DNA of 64,000 nucleotides from an uncultured Candidatus Saccharibacteria bacterium (GTDB taxonomy: Bacteria; Patescibacteriota; Minisyncoccia; Phycocordibacterales; CAIRYW01): the NCBI GenBank assembly GCA_964386665.1, contig CAYLQP010000002.1, positions 64,105-128,104 of the forward strand. Direction: 5' to 3'. A program made the position numbers and the translations under genes. The notes below the pieces were generated by a model that had not been told where the DNA came from, searched no databases, and was given only the letters and a program-made list of their open reading frames with translations. Below are positions 57,577 to 64,000 of this stretch, piece after piece. Numbering within the stretch: the stretch's first letter is position 1; the number at the start of each line of letters is the position of its first letter.

Positions 57577-59433
57577 CTATTTCTCCAAAATTCGTCGTAG
57601 CACTTCTTCAGGCACTTCTTTTACTACTTCTTCAACTTGTGACTGTTTCTTCTCTTCTACAACGACTGTTTTTTCTACCAGATCTTTTTGTTCCTGTTTT
57701 TGTACTGGCTTTGGCAAAGAAACTTCTTCTCTCTGTTCAACTGAAGTATCTGAAGACGGATCTTGTACTAGTCCTTGAAGCGCAGCTCGCAACTCCGCCA
57801 AATGTTCATTGGTTGGTGCTTTTTTATCTTTTTTGTCAGTATTAAGTTTACCGTTTTGTCGTAAGTAGCTAAGCGAAACTGCCTTTCGAAGAGCCTTCTC
57901 TCTATCATCCCCTGCCTCTTGTTTTGCAAATCGAGAAACAGGAACTTCGCTTCTTTGTTCCCCTCGAGGCATTGCCATATGGGATCTGTTTTGCGTTTGA
58001 GGTTTATCTCCATGCGAACTCCTTGCAGCTTGAGATACCGGCGCTTTATTTGACAACACTGCCTCAAGAGCTTGCTCGATAGGACTTTTCTTTTTTGATT
58101 TGTCATTTGAACCACCATTTACCCCTCTCTCACTTCCTTCTTCGTGCCATCTACGAATACTCTCTTCCACTTCTGCACGAGGTAATGCAAAGGTGCTTCG
58201 TGAAAACTCAACCACCTCATTACGAAACGATTCTGATTCTGGAGCAATCGGCGGAAGCGTGGTTGCAGAAAATGGTCTTGATGTCACTCCATCAATCATA
58301 AGTTTTAAATACACCTGTGCAAAACCAAGGTTTACCAAATCCTCCTGAGTAAAGTAGGGTGCAAATTCTTTTTCCAAAAACTCAGCATCAAATGCCCCTA
58401 CTCGAAACATCGCCATAGTCCCTACGTTTCCAAAGATTGCTGCTCGAACTTCTTCAGTCATCTGTTCGATGTACTGATGAGCCACAATTAAGTTTAACTT
58501 GTACTTTCGAGCTTCCGAAAGAATGTCAGCAAATGATTCATTGGCAAAGTTTTGGAACTCATCCACAAAGAGATAGAAGTTTGGAAGTGTTTTAAGAGTA
58601 CTCTCTGGTACATCAGCACGACTCATTGCAGAAAGATAGATCTTGGTAATAATCATACCCCCAAGAAGGTTTGCGTTTGATTCTCCCACACGCCCTTTTG
58701 AAAGGTTGATAATCACAATCTTCCCTTCATCCATAATTTTTCGAAAATCAAAAGTTGATTTTGGTTGACCAACAATGTTTCGGATAAGTGGGTTTGAGAT
58801 AAATTGTCCAATTTTGTTTTGAATCGCCGCACCTGCTTCCTGCATATACTTAGGTCCATACTTAGCGAACTCATCAACCCAAAACGACTTCACTGCTGGA
58901 TCAGTTACAGCTTCGATGACTTTGTTTCGATATGCTTCATCTGCAAGCATTCGGTTTACTCCAATGATGGTTGAATCTGGATACTCAAGAAGAGCAAGAA
59001 GAATATTGTTCAAAATGTATTCCATTCGAGCACTCCATGCATCAACCCAAATCTTTTTGAATGTCGACATTAATCCGTTGGCTACAAGAAATCTCTTGTC
59101 CGCCCCTACATCTTCCATTACGTTGAATGACACTGGGAAATCGAGATCAAACGGTGCGAAGTAAAGCACATCTTTGATACGCTCTTTTGGAATATAATCC
59201 AACAACAAATCGGCGGTTTTACCGTGCGGGTCGATAAACGCCATTCCGTGTCCTGCCTTAATATCTTGAACGGCAAGGTTTTCAAGTAGTGTTGATTTAC
59301 CCATACCCGTCTTACCTATCACATACATATGTCGACTTCGGTCTTTGGTTTTGATACCAAACTTGAGTTTACGATTTCGAGAATCTGTCTCGCCAAAGTA
59401 CATTATTTTTTCTTGATCTTCGTGTGTAGACAT
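57577..59433 (-). CDS. TraD/TraG/VirD4-like (type IV coupling protein family, FtsK-HerA superfamily) P-loop ATPase with low-complexity K/E/Q-rich C-terminus
   Basis: Walker A VIGKTGMGKST. Walker B LFVDEFQNF. Sensor region ARKYKLNLIVAHQYIEQ. The C-terminal about 200 aa is charged low complexity. Confidence 0.5.
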   Translation of the reverse strand: MSTHEDQEKIMYFGETDSRNRKLKFGIKTKDRSRHMYVIGKTGMGKSTLLENLAVQDIKAGHGMAFIDPHGKTADLLLDYIPKERIKDVLYFAPFDLDFPVSFNVMEDVGADKRFLVANGLMSTFKKIWVDAWSARMEYILNNILLALLEYPDSTIIGVNRMLADEAYRNKVIEAVTDPAVKSFWVDEFAKYGPKYMQEAGAAIQNKIGQFISNPLIRNIVGQPKSTFDFRKIMDEGKIVIINLSKGRVGESNANLLGGMIITKIYLSAMSRADVPESTLKTLPNFYLFVDEFQNFANESFADILSEARKYKLNLIVAHQYIEQMTEEVRAAIFGNVGTMAMFRVGAFDAEFLEKEFAPYFTQEDLVNLGFAQVYLKLMIDGVTSRPFSATTLPPIAPESESFRNEVVEFSRSTFALPRAEVEESIRRWHEEGSERGVNGGSNDKSKKKSPIEQALEAVLSNKAPVSQAARSSHGDKPQTQNRSHMAMPRGEQRSEVPVSRFAKQEAGDDREKALRKAVSLSYLRQNGKLNTDKKDKKAPTNEHLAELRAALQGLVQDPSSDTSVEQREEVSLPKPVQKQEQKDLVEKTVVVEEKKQSQVEEVVKEVPEEVLRRILEK

Positions 59434-59525
59434 TTATTTAATTATACTGTTATTTTCAAAAAAGGAGAAGGGAAAGAAAGAAGAATATAGAATATAGATT
59501 TAAGAATACAGAAATAAAAAAACTA

Positions 59526-59556
59526 CCAATCAGCTGAAAATTGGTAGTACTAAATC
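59526..59556 (-). terminator. intrinsic terminator
   Basis: Minus strand: ctaccaatt-ttcagctg-attggtag followed by a T-run. Confidence 0.5.
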
Positions 59557-60719
59557 TATTCTGAAAGAAGTGCACCTGATGTATATTTATTTGACGCATC
59601 CCAAAGAAGCCAGCAATTAAGACCAACGTCATACGTTGACTGGATCTGTGCTCGAACCATCGCCGGAGTGTATGTGGCACCAAGATCGAAGTCCTGAATC
59701 CACGTACAGAGCTTCTGTGGAGTACTTGATGCAGCAATTGCTTTGTCTACTCCACCTTGCATTGCAAGCTTCACAACCTCTCCAGGATTGGCTGCTGGGT
59801 TCTTAAATCCATTCCAACCAGTTGGATAATGAGATGGATAGACCATTGGATATACATAGTCGAAATACTTAAGAGCTACTTCGAGCTTTTGACCAATATT
59901 GAGATCATCGTTATTTGTTGTCGTCATACCAAAAAGATCTCCAGAAATTACAGGTTTGTCTTGAGGGATATTTTCACGCAAGTATGAAAAGAAACGTTCA
60001 ATGTTTGCTACTTTTGTGGTTGAAGCAGGACTCTGTGAAAACCAAATATTTTTCATATCTCCATCGGATGGATATCGGATATAGTCAAAATTAATTTCGT
60101 CAAACCCATCTGCATAGGCAGTTTCTGCAAGTGTAACCATATGCTCCCAATACGGCTCTGCGCCCACATCAACAAATGCCAACCCTTTCCTATCACGCCA
60201 AACACTTCCATCTTTTTTCTTTACAGCAAGATCTGGATGTTTCTTGGTAAAAGTTGAATCCTGAAATACGGTTACTCGCCCAATCACATAAATGTTTTTT
60301 TGGTGTAGCAGATCAACAAACTCTTTCATATTTTTTACAAAACAATTTGTATTGGGTACAAACTCTTCCCCTTCCATAGGATAAGAAACCATCCCTGTAT
60401 AATCTTTGATATCGACAATAATTGAGTTAAGTTCGGTTGTATCAATAAGTTTTACTAAACTATCTTTCCATTCTCCTGTACTTGCAACACAACTCGTCAT
60501 ATAGAGCGCTTTCATCATCTGGGGTCGAGCGACATGAGAAGCTTGTGGGAGAGGAACTTCTGCTACCTTTTCTACAATCACTTCTTCTGACAAAACAGAA
60601 ATATGCTCTCCATAAGAGATTGAAAATATTTTTGGGAGAATAAAGTTACCCACCAAAAACAACAGACAAAAAGCAACACACCAAAAAATAAACTTATTGG
60701 TTTGAAGGAATTTCTTCAT
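59556..60719 (-). CDS. GHL10-family (DUF4015, YngK-like) putative glycoside hydrolase, secreted or membrane-anchored
   Basis: N-terminal TM/signal. KALYMTSCVA...IIVDIKDY...DGFDEINFDYIRYPSDG matches the hydrolase-like family 10 pattern. Confidence 0.55.
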   Translation of the reverse strand: MKKFLQTNKFIFWCVAFCLLFLVGNFILPKIFSISYGEHISVLSEEVIVEKVAEVPLPQASHVARPQMMKALYMTSCVASTGEWKDSLVKLIDTTELNSIIVDIKDYTGMVSYPMEGEEFVPNTNCFVKNMKEFVDLLHQKNIYVIGRVTVFQDSTFTKKHPDLAVKKKDGSVWRDRKGLAFVDVGAEPYWEHMVTLAETAYADGFDEINFDYIRYPSDGDMKNIWFSQSPASTTKVANIERFFSYLRENIPQDKPVISGDLFGMTTTNNDDLNIGQKLEVALKYFDYVYPMVYPSHYPTGWNGFKNPAANPGEVVKLAMQGGVDKAIAASSTPQKLCTWIQDFDLGATYTPAMVRAQIQSTYDVGLNCWLLWDASNKYTSGALLSE

Positions 60720-60987
60720 CTTGAGTATGGATTCGCTCTACTTCTACTTCAGAAATAATAGGCTTACTTTCAACAAACGTATGCGACTTTCGAGTAACGG
60801 GTTTTTTGGCTTTTTTTATTTCTTTTATCTTTTCATTATGAAGAGCGATGATTTTTACATACAGGAGAATTGCCCCTAGTGTGACAAGCAGGAATGTTTT
60901 AAATGACTGAGGAAAACCCGTCAAAGGAATCACTATAACGAGCGCTCCAATAAGAATAGATAATTTTATTTGATCAATTGTTTTCAT
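60694..60987 (-). CDS. small membrane protein (97 aa), hypothetical
   Basis: Two N-terminal TM helices. Confidence 0.4.
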   Translation of the reverse strand: MKTIDQIKLSILIGALVIVIPLTGFPQSFKTFLLVTLGAILLYVKIIALHNEKIKEIKKAKKPVTRKSHTFVESKPIISEVEVERIHTQDEEIPSNQ

Positions 60988-61117
60988 CCCGTTAGAAAAA
61001 GTTAGATAATTGCTTGTAAATATGTAATGCTACGTTTGTTATTTTTTATGTATATTTGATTGAAATGTTTGCACCGTTTTTTCTAACGGGATCACACTCT
61101 CAAGTATAACGAAAAAA

Positions 61118-61789
61118 CTAGTCTGCTTCAACTAAAACAACGAACTCTCCTTTTTGCTTATTTTTATCTTTGGTTAATATATCAAGCAGTTCCGTAGCGC
61201 GTCCAGACAAAAACTCTTCAAAGAACTTTGTAAGTTCACGAGCAATGTATACTTTTTTTTCTGGTGCAAACTGAGACAATGACTCCAAAGCCTTCAAGAT
61301 TCTATGTGAAGATTCATAAAAAATCATTGTGCGTTTCGATGTTGCAATCTCTTTAAAGAGAGTTTCTCTTCCCTTCTTATGGGGTAAGAAACCCAAGAAA
61401 ACAAATTCACCTCCTGTAATACCACTAATTGAATACGCTGACGTAAGGGCGCTAGGACCAGGAATTGTTACGACTTGAAGTGAAGGATCTGTTTCTCGGA
61501 TTTTTTTTATGAGTAAACTTCCAGGATCTGAAATCGCAGGAGTACCCGCATCACTTACAAGAGCGATGTGTTTACCTTCTTGAAGTAAAGAAATTATTCG
61601 GTCAATTTTTGAAAGCGCACTTTTTGAGTGATAACTTTCAGTTGGAGTTTTTATTTCATAATGACTAAGTAACTTTCGAGTCTCGCGAGTGTCTTCACAG
61701 AAAACTAGATCAACTTCTTTAAGTATGCGAAGGGCTCGAAGTGTAATATCTTCAAGATTTCCGATAGGAGTTGCAACAATATAAAACAT
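61118..61789 (-). CDS. rsmI: 16S rRNA (cytidine1402-2'-O)-methyltransferase RsmI
   Basis: MFYIVATPIGNLEDITLRALRILKEVDLVFCEDTR, the tetrapyrrole-methylase-fold RsmI N-terminus. Start trimmed to that Met. Confidence 0.8.
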   Translation of the reverse strand: MFYIVATPIGNLEDITLRALRILKEVDLVFCEDTRETRKLLSHYEIKTPTESYHSKSALSKIDRIISLLQEGKHIALVSDAGTPAISDPGSLLIKKIRETDPSLQVVTIPGPSALTSAYSISGITGGEFVFLGFLPHKKGRETLFKEIATSKRTMIFYESSHRILKALESLSQFAPEKKVYIARELTKFFEEFLSGRATELLDILTKDKNKQKGEFVVLVEAD

Positions 61790-61790
61790 A

Positions 61791-62048
61791 TTATTCTTTA
61801 GTGTGCATTCGATGAGCCGATTCAAGCTCTTCAAGCAACTCTTTTATACGTTTAATTTCGCTTTGATTTACATTGTATTTTTCTTGAATTTTTGAAAGCT
61901 TGATATTGATAAGCTCACTTACATCTTTGATATATTGATTCAAAATTGACGCAACTTCTTTATCAGCGTATTCATCTTTAAGAACCTCACAAAGAGACAA
62001 CTTCCCTTCTTTTTTTACCCACGATTCTCTAAATTCAATGATGTACAT
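61791..62048 (-). CDS. hypothetical 85-aa coiled-coil protein between radC and rsmI
   Basis: Intact ORF tightly coupled to the rsmI start. Charged helical sequence. Confidence 0.35.
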   Translation of the reverse strand: MYIIEFRESWVKKEGKLSLCEVLKDEYADKEVASILNQYIKDVSELINIKLSKIQEKYNVNQSEIKRIKELLEELESAHRMHTKE

Positions 62049-62057
62049 ATGTTTTAA

Positions 62058-62804
62058 TTATTTTTCTAAGATGCTCCGATATCCAGACTTTGTTACTATA
62101 ACATGATCAAGTAATGTGATACCAATAATCTCCCCTGCTTCCTCAATCTGTTTTGTTACCATAATATCAGCTTTACTTGGAGTTGCAATTTGTGACGGAT
62201 GATTATGTACCAAAATGACCGCTGCGGCTGAATACTCAATCGCGGGACGGAATACTTCTCTTGAGTGAATAATATTTGCATCAATAGTACCAACTGACAG
62301 GATTTCACTATGAATTACCTTGTAATGTGTGTTGAGATAGATCCCTCGAAGATGTTCTTTTGGAAGCTCACGCATTTCTTTTGTGTATTCAAATACATCT
62401 TTTGCGGTTCGCAACGTTTTAACCTGACCCGCCTTCTTTTCGAAAAACCTTCTTCCGAGTTCAGCACAAGCTACTACTTGAACCGCTTTTATAAGCGGAA
62501 TATCTAAATCCTTTGCAAGCTTTTTTGGATCAATGTTTTGAGAAAGACTTCTCTCACCATACTCTTTTAGAACCCGAGAAGACATAGCAAGCACGTCTTC
62601 TTTTTTTGTTCCTGTATTAAAAATAAGCGCAAGAAGTTCTGACGAAGAAAGATGTTTTGGTCCCGAAGACAAAATCTTTTCACGAGGTTTATCCTCCGAA
62701 GGCAGATCACGAAACGCGAGCACATATTCACGATTTTTCATCTTTGTATCTTCAAGAAGAGTTGGTGCTGATATGTATGTGTATGTTTTTGTTACTTTCA
62801 TCAC
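62058..62804 (-). CDS. radC: RadC-family JAB/MPN+ domain protein
   Basis: JAMM motif region VILVHNHPSQIATPSKADIMVT. N-terminal HhH-like region. Confidence 0.85.
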   Translation of the reverse strand: MMKVTKTYTYISAPTLLEDTKMKNREYVLAFRDLPSEDKPREKILSSGPKHLSSSELLALIFNTGTKKEDVLAMSSRVLKEYGERSLSQNIDPKKLAKDLDIPLIKAVQVVACAELGRRFFEKKAGQVKTLRTAKDVFEYTKEMRELPKEHLRGIYLNTHYKVIHSEILSVGTIDANIIHSREVFRPAIEYSAAAVILVHNHPSQIATPSKADIMVTKQIEEAGEIIGITLLDHVIVTKSGYRSILEK

Positions 62805-62817
62805 TTTAAGTTAAAGC

Positions 62818-63939
62818 TTATAAGAAACCAAATGTTGCAAATATATTTTCCAATGTTTCAAGTTCAGAGTCCAAAAAAGATTTAAGGTCTGTTGGTTTTT
62901 CTGGATTTTCTATTTGTGGAAAATCAGGCGACAAAGGTCCAGGACCTGCAACACGAAGCACTGCAGTATAACAATACCTATCTTTATAAATCATATACTC
63001 TCTCATTTTTTCCTGGTTTTGCGTGTTACTTGTCACTGTATAATCGGGATCATAGATTTTAACATCGAGGTTATATTTAGAAATAGACACCGCATCATTT
63101 CGATATGGACACACACCGGGTCGGACAAATATAGAAAAACGCTTCTCCTTCCACATACTATATGTCTTCAGGAATGGTACATTTACCACAACTGCCAGTG
63201 TTTCTGAAACAGTTTTACCATCTTGGATAATTGGACGTGATTCAACCCGAAGTCCCTCAGGATACAAAAAAGAAAACTTGAAATCCTTGTTTTCATACAC
63301 TTTTAAGACACTTTGTTTTGTGTACTCAACTAACTCAGTTCGGTTAAGGATATATGTTTTGATTATGTCTTTTTCTGCTGTTTTGAGCGTAAGAACGATT
63401 TGTCCATTCTTGATGGCCACTTGTTTGTAAGCAAGCACTTCTATATCGCCTGTTGGAGGAATAACCTCAAGTGTCTTTGGATAATTGTCTCGGTTCAGTA
63501 CCACATGAAGCTCTGAGATTTCTTTTCCTTCTGTATAGAGAGTTGTGGCAACCACCGCATCACCATTACCATCACGATCAATATCACCAAATGAATAGGC
63601 GGTGATTTTACTGTACATACCCCCTTTTTTAAATTCCCCATCTTCAAATACCGCTTCAGGTACTCCAGCAATATGATACGTAGCAGAAGCAATATGATCT
63701 AACGTAAGATTGGTTTTGCCATTTAAGATACTCACCCCTTCCATGTCTTCAATACGAACCGGATTAGTATTTTCTGCCACATTTTCTGTACCAACAGGGA
63801 CGGTGTCTATTTGATCGCTTGATCCATCAGATGGATAAAAATTATTTAACAAAAATTTACTTCCAATAATCACCCCTGATACCAAAATAATAACCAGAAG
63901 AAGTTGCTTTAAGTTTTTTTCAATCACATCATTAATCAT
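62818..63939 (-). CDS. hypothetical secreted/anchored protein (373 aa) with VCBS/FG-GAP-like Asp-rich segment
   Basis: N-terminal TM. SFGDIDRDGNGDAVVATT calcium-binding-like motif. Confidence 0.45.
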   Translation of the reverse strand: MINDVIEKNLKQLLLVIILVSGVIIGSKFLLNNFYPSDGSSDQIDTVPVGTENVAENTNPVRIEDMEGVSILNGKTNLTLDHIASATYHIAGVPEAVFEDGEFKKGGMYSKITAYSFGDIDRDGNGDAVVATTLYTEGKEISELHVVLNRDNYPKTLEVIPPTGDIEVLAYKQVAIKNGQIVLTLKTAEKDIIKTYILNRTELVEYTKQSVLKVYENKDFKFSFLYPEGLRVESRPIIQDGKTVSETLAVVVNVPFLKTYSMWKEKRFSIFVRPGVCPYRNDAVSISKYNLDVKIYDPDYTVTSNTQNQEKMREYMIYKDRYCYTAVLRVAGPGPLSPDFPQIENPEKPTDLKSFLDSELETLENIFATFGFL

Positions 63940-64000
63940 TATCTTGTGTTTTGGTTTTATGTATAAGACTATAAATATCTGCTTTTGCCTGTTCAGGGTT

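Noticed and set aside
1-64000. CRISPR arrays, tRNA, rRNA, tmRNA or RNase P RNA
   Set aside because: No regularly spaced short direct repeats, no cloverleaf-compatible GC-rich 70-90-nt segments, and no rRNA-like conserved blocks were seen. The only GC-rich noncoding segments are the 4975-5180 island, reported as a finding, and short terminator hairpins.

Overview
AT-rich, tightly packed bacterial chromosome segment, about 38-40% GC in housekeeping genes and nearer 30% in the glycan locus. Most genes sit on the minus strand with 1-20 nt overlaps and several consensus promoters lie only 8-9 nt before the ATG (leaderless mRNAs). This style is compatible with a CPR/Patescibacteria-like or other reduced Gram-positive-type genome, but that assignment is inference only. 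No rRNA, tRNA or CRISPR array was recognised.

Housekeeping content: secA, murB, murC, murD, zwf and a short-form gnd, rnr (RNase R), rsmG, rsmI, radC, rmuC, an SMC homolog, a YqeY/GatB-like protein, and a UvrD-type helicase fused to an Fe-S PD-(D/E)XK nuclease.

Three accessory blocks stand out.

1. Metal-homeostasis unit (8.3-10.8 kb): a Fur-family regulator, divergent from a ZIP transporter across a 6-5-6 palindrome, followed by a YibE/F-family membrane protein with a His-rich tail.

2. Secreted giant protein (10.9-15.2 kb): a 1439-aa Ser/Thr-rich surface protein with DUF2341, LamG, FN3 repeats and a C-terminal peptidoglycan-binding domain.

3. Glycoconjugate locus (30.9-50.7 kb): about 20 kb and markedly more AT-rich. 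It holds an O-antigen-ligase-like TPR protein, a Gtr-like trio (GT-C, GT2 Dpm1-like, GtrA fused to a CE4 deacetylase), two tandem truncated UDP-sugar-dehydrogenase paralogs, a Wzx flippase, a LicC-like nucleotidyltransferase next to a TagF-like phosphotransferase, five SAM methyltransferases, a second CE4 deacetylase and four GT4 glycosyltransferases. This is the most system-like and least characterised part of the window.

Further oddities: a 94-nt MITE-like element with perfect 18-bp terminal inverted repeats; a GC-rich structured noncoding island with an SD-led 19-codon micro-ORF; a DUF218 gene flanked by about 50-bp direct repeats copied from the murD 3' end; three tandem leaderless small two-TM protein genes; a 32-aa Lys/Ala-rich ORF upstream of secA; and a TraD/VirD4-like ATPase embedded in the mur operon.
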